64,000 bases of DNA from an uncultured virus (IMG/VR IMGVR_UViG_3300034374_010562) (IMGVR_UViG_3300034374_010562); one strand, 5' to 3'. Shown: positions 18,560 through 29,127, numbered from the stretch's first letter. A program made the numbers and translations. The notes: generated from the letters alone by a model not told the origin.

Positions 18560-20161
18560 TTAATCAATTCTATAAACGTAATACCACGTTCCATTGATTT
18601 GAACTTCATTCTCAGAACCGTCGTAAGATGATAACGCAGGACCAGTTCCATCAACGTCAACAGAAGACTCCGCAATTGAATCTACATCTATGAAATTTTC
18701 AATATCAAAACCATGATTCTGTAATGCATATAATGGGTCATGTCTAACATCAGACATTAACTCTTCAACTTTGTCTTGAACCTGACCGTAACTAGGTTCA
18801 CCTTCAGGTGACTGTTTAATATAATCAATTTCTTGCTCAATTTCCTCCATACGTTCTTCAGCACCTGCAATCTCTTCTTCATCCTCTGAACTGTAAGCTA
18901 TTTCATTTAATTCTGTTAACTCTTCCTCCAACTCTTTAATCTGCTCTTCTTGCCCTTCAGACAATGGTAACTCGTCTTCACTGAAATATACGTCAGGATT
19001 TTCGTCAACATCAGTTTCATATATCTCCTCAAAGTATTCTTCAATCTTTTCCATATTTAAATGACCTTCAAGGAATGAACGATTGTACCCATCAGTACCC
19101 AGTTCTTCAAACAAATTTTTATAGTAATCAACAGCGGCAGTATGAACTTGGTCCCAATCACCAACCGCCCACTCGGTATCACTTTCATCCTCACCTAACC
19201 ATTTAAAGGTCATCAAATCATAATGTGGATATTCACCTGGCATTAAATTGTAAATGCTTTCATCTTCACCCACCTCAACACCGTAGTCTGACTGTATAAC
19301 TTCAAACACCGCATTAGCAAAATTAGATTCTTCAGTGTCGTTGTCAATGTTCCACTCATCATCTTCTTTTCTACGCTCAGCAGCTTGTAATGCTCTGATT
19401 CTTCTTTGTCTGTCTTGTTCTCTACGAACCCTTTCCATTTCTATTTTGGCAGCTTCTTTGTCTTTGAAGATTTCAATCTCCTTTGCAAAGTTACTTTTCA
19501 TGTAATCTGTAACTATTCTATCAATCTTTTCAAACAACTCAGAACCTAAAATCCAACCATTAGAAAATGCCTTATCAGGTGCATCATAGAACGTGGTGTC
19601 ACCATCATATTTTCTAAGCATCGCAACCTTATAAAATCTATCGTTAGATTTAGCTTTCTTATCTAAAATGTAAAATAGTTTTCCGTCCTGATTGTAACGG
19701 TCAAAATAAGATGAGTTATTCATTGATGCGGTACACCATTTCGTACCTGAACCATAATAACAAGAAGCTTCAGATGTCTTTGGTGTAACAACCACAAACC
19801 TGTCATCTTCATAAACTTGGTCGGCACCTTCTAACTTCTTAACTTCTCTACGTGTTCTATTTTCGTGACGAGCAATCTCAGATTCCAAATCTTCGATTGA
19901 ACTAAACTGATTGATATCTTTAGTGGATAGAGTTTGTTGATAACGAATGAAGTTGTTTACCGCATTTTTTGCTCTCTCCATATCAAGGTTACCACTTTGA
20001 AGTGCATCACCCAAAAACATTAAAAATTTGTGGTTAGGAGCCAAGTCTCTAGATAACATGAAGATGTTTTTCAACTCATCATTAGTAAACTTTTCTCTAA
20101 ATTTTCTTAGGAAGTCATCCTTTCTACCCTCAAGTATTAATTGATTTAAACTCATAACCAC
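18560..20161 (-). CDS. Phage protein with YG..TKWCT domain and very acidic C-terminal half
   Basis: 533 aa; shares a domain with 53499..54815. Confidence 0.8.
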   Translation of the reverse strand: MVMSLNQLILEGRKDDFLRKFREKFTNDELKNIFMLSRDLAPNHKFLMFLGDALQSGNLDMERAKNAVNNFIRYQQTLSTKDINQFSSIEDLESEIARHENRTRREVKKLEGADQVYEDDRFVVVTPKTSEASCYYGSGTKWCTASMNNSSYFDRYNQDGKLFYILDKKAKSNDRFYKVAMLRKYDGDTTFYDAPDKAFSNGWILGSELFEKIDRIVTDYMKSNFAKEIEIFKDKEAAKIEMERVRREQDRQRRIRALQAAERRKEDDEWNIDNDTEESNFANAVFEVIQSDYGVEVGEDESIYNLMPGEYPHYDLMTFKWLGEDESDTEWAVGDWDQVHTAAVDYYKNLFEELGTDGYNRSFLEGHLNMEKIEEYFEEIYETDVDENPDVYFSEDELPLSEGQEEQIKELEEELTELNEIAYSSEDEEEIAGAEERMEEIEQEIDYIKQSPEGEPSYGQVQDKVEELMSDVRHDPLYALQNHGFDIENFIDVDSIAESSVDVDGTGPALSSYDGSENEVQINGTWYYVYRID

Positions 20162-20182
20162 AAAAATGTTTAACTATAAATA

Positions 20183-20830
20183 TTACTTTAACCAAGAATC
20201 TCGTTCATAACCGAACTTGGTAAAGTATTCTTCCAATTTAGTATAAACCAAATCTGCACTTTCCTGGTCGTAATATTTTTGAAAGTGTTGGAAGTTACCG
20301 ATGTATTCATCATGAGGATTTTCATTCTTATGATTGTTTGTATTGATTGAACTTTCAATAGCATCCTCAATTCTATGAGGTTCACCTTGCATAAGTGGTG
20401 GACAATTACGAACGTCCTCTTCCATATGTTCCATTCTAATCATATAATCAGGTTCTCTACCAATCTCAGGCCACTCTAACATATAAAAGTGGTCCACACT
20501 CTGACTTCTCTCCTCATTAAAATAATCTTCTTTCAACCACGTCTTAAATGGTTTACCTCCCCAAGAACGAGTCAAATCCACATACTCATCTAAATAAGAT
20601 GATACCGCTCTTGAGTATGGGTTTCTGGTATTACAAATGATTTTACAATTCTCATAACCCTTTGGAATACCTTGAGCATGAGTGTGTGAACATTCCTGTC
20701 CTACCAAACAATTCATAGGAACATTAATTAGGTCATCAATACCTGAACCCACCAAGAACCCTTGGAAGGAGCGTGAACCACACCCGGCAGTACCCCACCA
20801 AATGATTCCCCTTTTTTTACTTGCATTCAT
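20183..20830 (-). CDS. Sulfotransferase family 2-like protein
   Basis: TRNPYSRAVSSY, IRMEHMEED, YYDQE...VY....YFTKFGY; the 5'-PSB loop is atypical (GTAGCGSRS). Confidence 0.75.
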   Translation of the reverse strand: MNASKKRGIIWWGTAGCGSRSFQGFLVGSGIDDLINVPMNCLVGQECSHTHAQGIPKGYENCKIICNTRNPYSRAVSSYLDEYVDLTRSWGGKPFKTWLKEDYFNEERSQSVDHFYMLEWPEIGREPDYMIRMEHMEEDVRNCPPLMQGEPHRIEDAIESSINTNNHKNENPHDEYIGNFQHFQKYYDQESADLVYTKLEEYFTKFGYERDSWLK

Positions 20831-20910
20831 TTTTTCTTTACTGTTAAAGTGTTTAAGATATATTTATCGTTATAAGGATAAACCAATAAATACTTAAAAT
20901 ACACATTATT

Positions 20911-21033
20911 ATGGGTTGTGGATGTAAAAACAAATCAAACACTACGAACGTTCAGGTTCAGAAGGAAAACACTCAAAAAACAGTTCAAGCCGCTATACAA
21001 AAGACTGTAGAAAAATATTACGAAAAGAAATAA
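20911..21033 (+). CDS. Small MGCGCK protein (40 aa), not in the ORF track
   Basis: MGCGCKNKSNTTNVQVQKENTQKTVQAAIQKTVEKYYEKK; TATTTAT upstream and terminator downstream. Confidence 0.7.
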   Translation: MGCGCKNKSNTTNVQVQKENTQKTVQAAIQKTVEKYYEKK

Positions 21034-21059
21034 TTTAAGTAAGAAAGGATGAACTGTTT

Positions 21060-21087
21060 AAAGGGAGAATTATTTCTCCCTTTTTTT
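21060..21087 (+). terminator. Intrinsic terminator
   Basis: AAAGGGAGAA-TTAT-TTCTCCCTTTTTTT. Confidence 0.75.
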
Positions 21088-21112
21088 GTATTTATATTAA
21101 AAGGTATTCAAC

Positions 21113-22117
21113 ATGAATTTAGAAACTATTAAAAAGTGGTTACTAACCAACGACAGAAAGGTAAATGAATTTATTGATAAGTATTTCGCAGGGAATATTG
21201 AAAGGTTCATTAAGTTTGTCGAGGACAAGCAAATCATTGATGACGATGAGATTGCTGAATACTTTTTGGAGGAATATCCGATTGAATATTTACGTAAAAA
21301 ATACGAGAAAAACCCTGAGAAAACTATCGAATTTATCCTCGAATATTTTGATGATATTGTTAAAGAGGGTGATAACTATTGGATGGGACTGAATTACCGT
21401 GAAGACCTTGCAAACTTTTTTAGAGAAGGATATAGAGACGGTGGAGCCAGAGATGCCGCTAAAGGAGCGTTAAGTGAAGATTGGCCCGATTGGTGGCAGT
21501 GGGATAGTGAGATTAACGACCTTGAAGAAATGTTGAATAACTTATCTGAGGAAAACCTTACACACCTTAAAGAAAGAGTATATGAGGAGGTAGAAGGTCA
21601 AGAGGTGGAAGTTGATGGTGAGATGGATATCATTACTAAAGATAAAGTAATGGATATGGACAACGACGAACTATCCAAATTTATTGAAAACTACGCAATG
21701 GATATTTACGGTTCACTAGGTAGTCTTTTAAATGCCGCTGAAGAACACGCCTATTTCGATGAGATTTATGATAACACAATGTCAGAACTAAAAGGTTTCT
21801 TTGGAATGGACAATTTCTCACGTGAGACTCCACGTAAAGTTAATTATTGGGACCGAGAAACCGGTGAGAAAAAAGAAAAAACAGTTTACGACTATAGTGT
21901 TAACGTATCTAACCTTATTAAAGACGCCATTGAAACTGTATTTAAACATTATGGACGTGAAGACCGTAACGAGTTTGAATATCAAGGTTCATTTGAAAAT
22001 CTATTAACTGAATTATTCAACACCGATTGGGACTATTTGGATTTCTCAGTACCAGAATGGGCAGACTTTGAAAAAGTAGAAAAAAACATCGATGAGATGT
22101 TAAGAGATTACATTTAA
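21113..22117 (+). CDS. Hypothetical acidic phage protein
   Basis: 334 aa, TATTTAT at 21089-21095. Confidence 0.8.
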   Translation: MNLETIKKWLLTNDRKVNEFIDKYFAGNIERFIKFVEDKQIIDDDEIAEYFLEEYPIEYLRKKYEKNPEKTIEFILEYFDDIVKEGDNYWMGLNYREDLANFFREGYRDGGARDAAKGALSEDWPDWWQWDSEINDLEEMLNNLSEENLTHLKERVYEEVEGQEVEVDGEMDIITKDKVMDMDNDELSKFIENYAMDIYGSLGSLLNAAEEHAYFDEIYDNTMSELKGFFGMDNFSRETPRKVNYWDRETGEKKEKTVYDYSVNVSNLIKDAIETVFKHYGREDRNEFEYQGSFENLLTELFNTDWDYLDFSVPEWADFEKVEKNIDEMLRDYI

Positions 22118-22167
22118 TATACTTTTCTTTATAACGACTTACTTTATCTTTTACTCAAAGATTTATT

Positions 22168-22746
22168 ATGTTAGTCAATTCATTAATTATAGACGACTTT
22201 TACGATAACCCACACGAGGTTAGAGAGTTCGCTCTTCAACAAGATTTCAATGTTGAGGGTAACTATCCTGGTTACCGAACCAAATCATTTATGAACGATG
22301 ATATCGTTGAAACATTAGGTAACATTCTAAGACCTTTCGCAGGTGAGATTACTTGGTGGGGTGGTGAATATACTGGTGCATTTCAATATACAACAGCTGA
22401 GGACCGTTCATGGATTCACTCTGACTCATACACTGATTGGGCAGCAGTATTATACTTAACACCTGACGCACCTGTAACCGCAGGCACAGGTATCTTTAGA
22501 CATAAGAAAACAGGTCTAATGACGTGGGACTATGATGCACATAAAAACGATGAATATGACCCAACATCTCCAGCACACACCGCAAAGGATTATACTAAGT
22601 GGGAAATGGTTGACCGTTATGGTAATCTTTTTAACAGAATGGTTTTATATAGAGCACAAAACTTTCACGTATCATTAGATTACTTTGGTACTGACATTAA
22701 CGATGGAAGACTTTTCCAAGTTTTCTTCTTCAACACTGAATATTAA
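22168..22746 (+). CDS. 2OG-Fe(II) oxygenase, DUF6445-like
   Basis: IIDDFYDNP, GNYPG.RT, WIHSD (HxD), AAVLYLTP, FNRMVLY..FH, RLFQVFF. Confidence 0.85.
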   Translation: MLVNSLIIDDFYDNPHEVREFALQQDFNVEGNYPGYRTKSFMNDDIVETLGNILRPFAGEITWWGGEYTGAFQYTTAEDRSWIHSDSYTDWAAVLYLTPDAPVTAGTGIFRHKKTGLMTWDYDAHKNDEYDPTSPAHTAKDYTKWEMVDRYGNLFNRMVLYRAQNFHVSLDYFGTDINDGRLFQVFFFNTEY

Positions 22747-22747
22747 G

Positions 22748-23479
22748 ATGTTAGACTTTTTCATTAAACAAAACATTATTAACCCAATCCACAACTTAGA
22801 TGAAATTAGAGAGGAGTTCATCAGTAATCGTTACGTGGTTATCAAAGACTTTTTAAAAAAAGAATACGCAGAAGCATTATACAATTGGTTCGCAAATGAA
22901 ATGCCATCCGATTGGTGGTTTTCATCATCAACACCACGAATGAATGGTGAAAAAGGTTTTGAGAAAATTCAAAACACGGAAGGAAACTTACGACTAATTG
23001 CCGAAACACACCAATATGTTTTTAACAAAATGTTTGAAGGTGAATTTAGTTATCACTTCCATAGAACATTAGACGACCATGTTGAGACCTGCACTTGCAC
23101 AGAATGTGGATTTAGAAGATGGACCAATAGTGAGGAAAACATTAACTTCTTAAACACTTTAGTTGAAGACCCTGTAAGTTCTGCAGACTCAATGTTCGCA
23201 GCAGCCTACCTTCCTAATGATTTCCTATCACCACACGTAGATTCACCAAATGGAAGACTGGGATATGTTTACCAACTAACGAAAAATTGGAAACCTCAAT
23301 ATGGTGGTAATCTACATTTTATGTCTGACTACGACACCATTGATGAAGTCTCAATTCCTGATTTCAATACGTTAACTTTGTTTGACTTACCTGAAGGTGA
23401 AGGGAAATTACATTTTGTATCCACCGTAAGTCCAGGTGTTGAAGAGTTACGACTCACTTACACTGGATGGTTTGAGTAA
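22748..23479 (+). CDS. 2OG-Fe(II) oxygenase, prolyl-hydroxylase-like (likely start MLDFF at 22748)
   Basis: FLSPHVD, YQLTKNWKPQYGGNLHF, PDFNTLTLF, HFVSTV, RLTYTGWF; CTCTEC insert. Confidence 0.88.
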   Translation: MLDFFIKQNIINPIHNLDEIREEFISNRYVVIKDFLKKEYAEALYNWFANEMPSDWWFSSSTPRMNGEKGFEKIQNTEGNLRLIAETHQYVFNKMFEGEFSYHFHRTLDDHVETCTCTECGFRRWTNSEENINFLNTLVEDPVSSADSMFAAAYLPNDFLSPHVDSPNGRLGYVYQLTKNWKPQYGGNLHFMSDYDTIDEVSIPDFNTLTLFDLPEGEGKLHFVSTVSPGVEELRLTYTGWFE

Positions 23480-23869
23480 CTCAATATCTATCTGACCCAC
23501 CAAATCCATAAGAGTTTCCAAACAATAACATTTACCATAAGACGTGTCAATTAGTTGACCGTCTTTTCCAACTGCAATCATAGTGGGAATTAAATGTTTA
23601 CCCTTATAATCGTAGTAATCACCATAATCAATATTGAAGTTATTTGCAAAGTCATAGGACTCTTCATGAAAAGTCTCAACAAAGGTTAGTCCTGATAACA
23701 TTCCTTCACCTAAATATTTAACGACATTTTCAGAGTCTCTTTCAATCCAACTTGGAACTATTTGAAGAGTAGAGATATTACTAACTTCTTTATTATATAC
23801 AAACATAATAAAGGGAGTGTGAAACCTTATAATATCGGTATACACACCCCCTGAATATCTTAGAAACAT
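23447..23869 (-). CDS. Thioredoxin-fold-like protein (likely start MFLRYS)
   Basis: IPTMIAVGKDG cis-Pro motif; no N-terminal CxxC, C-terminal CYC. Confidence 0.5.
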   Translation of the reverse strand: MFLRYSGGVYTDIIRFHTPFIMFVYNKEVSNISTLQIVPSWIERDSENVVKYLGEGMLSGLTFVETFHEESYDFANNFNIDYGDYYDYKGKHLIPTMIAVGKDGQLIDTSYGKCYCLETLMDLVGQIDIELLKPSSVSES

Positions 23870-23870
23870 A

Positions 23871-24476
23871 TTACATATAGTTTTGTCCTGAAATCCAACT
23901 AACCAATGAGCGTCTCTCACCACTAGTCACAGGTAACACTCGGTGTAATACGAATGATGGGAATATGGTTAAACTATTTTTCTTACGTGGAACTTTCAAA
24001 GTGATACTACCAATGCTGATTTCCAAATCACCACCATCATATTCTTCAGGGTCTGTGAGTTGAAGAACCATTGAAAGTTTACGATGTGATACCATTGGAC
24101 CAATATCCCCATGCCATGAGTAATGACCTTTGTTTGTTCCATAGTATTTGGTGTATTGCATCTCATCACCAAAACCCATAAGATTAAAGTTCCAATTCAT
24201 TTCTTCGTTGGCTTCAATTGCGTAATAAGCCAATCTATCATAAATCCATTGGGTACCTTCTTGAAATTCAATCCAACCAACTTCACTTTGTCTAATTTCA
24301 GTCACCACGTTATCATCTGCAGTACCAATTTCACCTGGTTGTAAATCGGTCGCTTCACCCCACTCCATAATGTATCCTAACTCTTCATCAGTGAAGGCGT
24401 TTTCATAGAAGTAGTAATTGTAATGGTCAACGTTTTTTGACTTGTAATGATTAATAAAAGGGTCTGAGTAAAACAT
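23871..24476 (-). CDS. 2OG-Fe(II) oxygenase, PKHD/P4H-type
   Basis: QYTKY, HYSWHGD, RKLSMVLQL, YDGGDL, FPSFVLHRVLPVTSGERRSLVSW. Confidence 0.92.
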   Translation of the reverse strand: MFYSDPFINHYKSKNVDHYNYYFYENAFTDEELGYIMEWGEATDLQPGEIGTADDNVVTEIRQSEVGWIEFQEGTQWIYDRLAYYAIEANEEMNWNFNLMGFGDEMQYTKYYGTNKGHYSWHGDIGPMVSHRKLSMVLQLTDPEEYDGGDLEISIGSITLKVPRKKNSLTIFPSFVLHRVLPVTSGERRSLVSWISGQNYM

Positions 24477-24547
24477 ATAATTGATATTTAATTTACTACA
24501 ATATAACTTATCATTTGGATAAAATAAAGTAAGTTCATTTAAGTTAT

Positions 24548-26365
24548 ATGAAAATATTAGGACTAAGTATTGGACACGACGCCGCAGTAGCTCTTGTCAT
24601 TGATGGTAAAGTAGTAAATGCCATCTCATCTGAAAGAATTCTCAGAGAGAAGAAAACAAATTTTTTAAATTGGGATGTTATCAATTATGTGTTACACCCT
24701 CACGGGTTAACTATTGATGATATTGACTCGGTAGTTATCGGAGCAAGTATGCCATGGACCAATTTCGTTAAACCTTATTTCCCTGAGGATAAGTTTCAGT
24801 TTTGGTCTTACGGAAACAACAATCCGAGACACAATTCTTTACACCCTGGTGAACAATATTATGAAGGACGAGGTTATGACGTTTTTGTAAACACTCAGTT
24901 TTATCAACCAATGTTACCTTTTAAACAGGAAGACTTTATGCCAGCCAACGTTGTATTCGATGCTGAAAACTTTGATGGTGGTGCGGTTGTTAAACCAGGT
25001 TGGATGATTAACCACCACACCGCTCACGCGGCATCAATATTCTTCACCTCTGATATCCCTCAAGCCGCAATTTTATCAGTGGACGCATCAGGTGTAAACG
25101 GTTATAGTTCATCTGCAGTGTTAGTTGGTAAAGATAAACAAATCAGTTGGTTATACTCACCCGACTCTTTGATTGGTACATTCTATAATGCAATGACTGA
25201 GTTGTTAGGTTACGGACCTGGTCTTACTAAAGCTGGAACTCTTATGGGTGCAGCGGCATATGGAACACCTAATCAACGAGCGTTGGAAGATTGGAAGAAA
25301 ATCGCAGATAAAGTAAGTAATAGGGAAACCTTATCTGATGACCCAACTTTTAATGTTTGGGCGGGAGCATTTTTAACAGGTGAGTTTCCTGTTAGAATAA
25401 GAGAATATATAGAAGACCATATTGAACATATTGAGTTTCGTTCTCGTGGTGATTGGGCTTATGACAACTATTACCTTACCCACCACAATGAAAGCACATC
25501 TCAAAAGGTGTTTGATTATGCGGCATCTGTTCAATATGTCTTTGAGCAAGCAATCTTAGAGATGGTAGATGAAGTATATGAAAAAACAAAAGGTTTCAAT
25601 AATGATACACTTTGTTTGGTTGGTGGTTCGTCCCTTAACTGTCGTGCGAACTATGAAATCCTAAAGAAGTCTAAGTTTAAACACATCCATCTATATCCGG
25701 CATGTGGCGATGATGGAACCTCAGTTGGTGCTGCACTATACGCCGCAGTTCATATGTATAACGAACCACGAGTTCCTCTATCACCTGCAGAATGTGCATA
25801 CACAGGTATTGAATACCCTGAGATTAACGAAGGTATACCTTACGACAAAAAGGTTATCGCTAAAATGTTAGCCGACTCAAAGATTGTTGCTTGGTTTGAT
25901 GGAGGTTCAGAGTTTGGACCTCGTGCGTTAGGTCATCGTTCATTCTTAGCTAACCCATGTGACCCTAAGATGAAAGACATCCTCAACAGAAGGGTAAAAC
26001 ACAGAGAATGGTTCAGACCATTTGCACCTATAGTTGTTAAAGAAAGAGTAATGGATTGGTTTGACATGCCGGTTGAAAGTCCTTATATGTTATATACAGC
26101 ACCAGTGAAACAACCGTGGAAGGTTCCATCAATCACACACATTGATGGAACTGCAAGGGTTCAAACCTTAGACCGTGAAATGAATGAGAAGGTATACGAC
26201 CTCATCTTAGAGTTTGAAGAACACACAGGGGTTCCTATTATCCTTAACACGTCTTTGAACGTTAATGGTCAACCTATTGTTGAGACCCCTCAAGAAGCGT
26301 TAGACCTTTTCTATAGTTCAGATATTGATGCAATTGTAATAAACAACAGAATGTTAATTAAATGA
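24548..26365 (+). CDS. Carbamoyltransferase, NodU/CmcH family
   Basis: GHDAAVAL, ER..REK, HHTAHAAS, GGSSLNC, PACGDDG, EFGPRALGHRS, KHREWFRPFAP, HIDGTARVQT, LNTSLN..GQPIV. Confidence 0.95.
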   Translation: MKILGLSIGHDAAVALVIDGKVVNAISSERILREKKTNFLNWDVINYVLHPHGLTIDDIDSVVIGASMPWTNFVKPYFPEDKFQFWSYGNNNPRHNSLHPGEQYYEGRGYDVFVNTQFYQPMLPFKQEDFMPANVVFDAENFDGGAVVKPGWMINHHTAHAASIFFTSDIPQAAILSVDASGVNGYSSSAVLVGKDKQISWLYSPDSLIGTFYNAMTELLGYGPGLTKAGTLMGAAAYGTPNQRALEDWKKIADKVSNRETLSDDPTFNVWAGAFLTGEFPVRIREYIEDHIEHIEFRSRGDWAYDNYYLTHHNESTSQKVFDYAASVQYVFEQAILEMVDEVYEKTKGFNNDTLCLVGGSSLNCRANYEILKKSKFKHIHLYPACGDDGTSVGAALYAAVHMYNEPRVPLSPAECAYTGIEYPEINEGIPYDKKVIAKMLADSKIVAWFDGGSEFGPRALGHRSFLANPCDPKMKDILNRRVKHREWFRPFAPIVVKERVMDWFDMPVESPYMLYTAPVKQPWKVPSITHIDGTARVQTLDREMNEKVYDLILEFEEHTGVPIILNTSLNVNGQPIVETPQEALDLFYSSDIDAIVINNRMLIK

Positions 26366-28050
26366 AAGTAGTAGACTGTTTTACATTTTTTAATGAACTT
26401 GACCTATTGGAATATAGGTTAGAAACATTGGACCCTTATGTGGACCATTTTATTTTAGTTGAATCCACAAAAACTTTTACGGGTAAGAAAAAAGCGTTAC
26501 ACTATTCTTTGAATAAAAGAAGATTTAAGAAATGGCACGATAAAATAGTTCACGTTATTGTGACTGACATGCCCGATGAGTTACCACAGGAAGAAATTGA
26601 TGAGTTGGTCGCACTCCCTGAGATTAGAGATATCCACTGGGTTAGAGAACACCACCAACGTAGAGCAATTCCTCGTGGTCTTTCTAAATTGAATTTGGAT
26701 TATGAAGATATCATCCTTTGTTCCGACTTAGATGAAATCCCTGACCTCACAAAGTTAGATGAAATACGTGAGAGATTATATATGGGACCGGTCATTATGG
26801 ACCAACGATGGTTTATTTGGAACACCAACTTAGAGAAAGGTATGAGATGGGTCGGTTCATCTGCTAACCTTTACTCACACTATATTCAAAACAAAGACAT
26901 CTTCCAACATCTTAGAAATACTCGTTGGGATGATGATTCTTATGAGTTTACAACGATGGAATGTGGTTGGCACCTTTCATGGTTTGGAAACCCTGAGTTT
27001 ATAAAGAATAAAATGTTTTCATTCGCACATACTGAAACGGCAACGAATTATTTTAACAATGAAAGAAACATTGTTAATCTTATCCGAAATGCAATGCCAC
27101 CTGAAGAACCAAATGAAAACAGTTATTATCTAAATACAATTGATGAAGATGACACTGACCGACCTCCACATCAGGAAAAGATACCTTACTTTGATGTTGA
27201 TGAGTTTGAGAAAGTGTATGACTGTGTGTTATTCCATGATGAATTAGACATTCTAAAGTTCCGAATGGATTACTTAAACCACCATGTTGATTACTTCATT
27301 ATTGTTGAGAGCACACAAACACATAGCGGAAAAGAAAAACCATTATACTTCCAAGAACTATCACACTTATTCTCAGAATATGATGATAAGATTGTCTCCG
27401 TAGTTATTGATGGATTCCCACCAGCACCTGAGGACCAAGACGAACACTGGTTCAGAGAAAACTATCAAAGAAATATGATTAAAAAAGTGGTAAGCTCAAT
27501 GCAACCACGAGATAAAGATTTAATTATGATTTCTGATGTAGATGAGATTCCTGACCGAGATAAGTTAAACGATATTTTTTATCAATTAAAAGTTGAGAAG
27601 AGAAGGTACGGCACCTGTAGACAAAGATGGTTCCATTGGAATTATGATTGGACTGAGATTGAAGATTGGCCAGGAACACAAGTGACCACATGGAACCACT
27701 TGAAAACTGTAGAACCTCAAGACATGAGAAATAAACGATTTGACTTGAGTATGGTATTTAGAGAAACTTGTGGTTGGCACCTTTCATGGTTTGGACCTAT
27801 GGAACAGCTCGTAACCAAACTGAAAAGTTTCGCACATCAAGAAATTAAAATAACCACCGCAGAAGAACTTATTCAACTAATGGAAAGTGGAAAAGGTAAT
27901 GTTAACCAAGACCTTAGAAAAATTGAGGATTGGGATTATTACCCCGAAGGTGGATGGGACTTGTTAAACTACGAACTTTACAGAAGATATGTGTTGGGAG
28001 ATACCCCCCAACAACAACCTTCCAATGATTTTATGTTTAACTTTATTTAA
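26362..28050 (+). CDS. Tandem (two-domain) GT17 beta-1,4-GlcNAc-transferase-like protein
   Basis: Two copies of DC..F..ELD.L..R, VES..T..GK.K, WxRExxQR, SDxDEIP, GWHLSWFG, K..SFAH. Confidence 0.9.
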   Translation: MKVVDCFTFFNELDLLEYRLETLDPYVDHFILVESTKTFTGKKKALHYSLNKRRFKKWHDKIVHVIVTDMPDELPQEEIDELVALPEIRDIHWVREHHQRRAIPRGLSKLNLDYEDIILCSDLDEIPDLTKLDEIRERLYMGPVIMDQRWFIWNTNLEKGMRWVGSSANLYSHYIQNKDIFQHLRNTRWDDDSYEFTTMECGWHLSWFGNPEFIKNKMFSFAHTETATNYFNNERNIVNLIRNAMPPEEPNENSYYLNTIDEDDTDRPPHQEKIPYFDVDEFEKVYDCVLFHDELDILKFRMDYLNHHVDYFIIVESTQTHSGKEKPLYFQELSHLFSEYDDKIVSVVIDGFPPAPEDQDEHWFRENYQRNMIKKVVSSMQPRDKDLIMISDVDEIPDRDKLNDIFYQLKVEKRRYGTCRQRWFHWNYDWTEIEDWPGTQVTTWNHLKTVEPQDMRNKRFDLSMVFRETCGWHLSWFGPMEQLVTKLKSFAHQEIKITTAEELIQLMESGKGNVNQDLRKIEDWDYYPEGGWDLLNYELYRRYVLGDTPQQQPSNDFMFNFI

Positions 28051-29074
28051 TAGACATTAATTCAATATGGGGTGTGTATCGAAATCCTTCGATTTTGGTA
28101 TTCATCCCATATTCTTTTTCAAAATCAATCATTCCGTTTTGACCCATTCTACTATCTCTCCACATTTTCGTAGGTGGTTGTGGATTTTCTTCTAATTGTA
28201 ACTCTACTAAGATTGGGTCTTTCATTTGTTTTAACGTTACCAAACGTGAGAAGTTGGACCAGTACGAACCGATAAACACATCAGATTCCGCCAACAACCA
28301 AATCTCAAACAATATTTTGGAAAACTCTTGAAGTGTTTGGTCTTTTGACTTTTCTAAGTGTTTTGCTTTACCTGGTAAAGCAACGACATCATCACCAAAC
28401 TTACTTTTAAATAAGGAGATTACACTTTCGTCATCTGAACAAACAAAAATCTTACCACCTTTTTGGTATTCACTTCGCGTTGCTTGAATGTAACGGTCAA
28501 CAGTATCATCAGAAATCTCAGGAACATCACCCCATTTTCTATTTGTTCTTACGTGAACACCGATGTATTTGTGTGATGATTTAAGTTGGGACAAAAGGTA
28601 TTTGTAGTTTTCACTAAACCCTGTCTCAAATTGAAATAGGAAGTCGATTGCCTTTTGAAAAGCGTTTTCAGGTGTGATACCATACTTACCTAACTCAGAA
28701 ATGTATTGGTAGTTTTGGAAAAGGTAACTGATAAAGTTTTGGTTTGAGTGGACGTTAATACATTTAGCATTTGGATAGTGCTCAGTAATCAATCCATCGG
28801 TTAAGATTCTTGAATATGACCATACATCACTTTCAATATTCATCCTACCTCTTTTGACCTCAGCATAAATCCAATCGTCACTCCACCACGAATATTTTGA
28901 TGTGAATACCTCAGCTAAACCATAAGGTTCGAAACTTTTAATTCTAAACTGATATCCGTTGGCAACTGCCAATAAGAATGTGGAAGCAATCCCTAATAGT
29001 CGGTCACCCATCCCACAACTGTCTGTGCAGTAAACTAAAAACTTATCTTGATGTTTTGCGGTATAATTTTCCAT
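28043..29074 (-). CDS. Fucosyltransferase-like GT-B protein (NodZ/GT23/O-FucT-like)
   Basis: GMGDRLLG, IGVHVR, FVCSDD, EIWLLAESD.FIGS..SNFS. Confidence 0.8.
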   Translation of the reverse strand: MENYTAKHQDKFLVYCTDSCGMGDRLLGIASTFLLAVANGYQFRIKSFEPYGLAEVFTSKYSWWSDDWIYAEVKRGRMNIESDVWSYSRILTDGLITEHYPNAKCINVHSNQNFISYLFQNYQYISELGKYGITPENAFQKAIDFLFQFETGFSENYKYLLSQLKSSHKYIGVHVRTNRKWGDVPEISDDTVDRYIQATRSEYQKGGKIFVCSDDESVISLFKSKFGDDVVALPGKAKHLEKSKDQTLQEFSKILFEIWLLAESDVFIGSYWSNFSRLVTLKQMKDPILVELQLEENPQPPTKMWRDSRMGQNGMIDFEKEYGMNTKIEGFRYTPHIELMSIK

Positions 29075-29127
29075 ATAATTCTTTTTATGGAAAAATAAGT
29101 ATGGACTGTTAAAAACATAGAGAAAAT

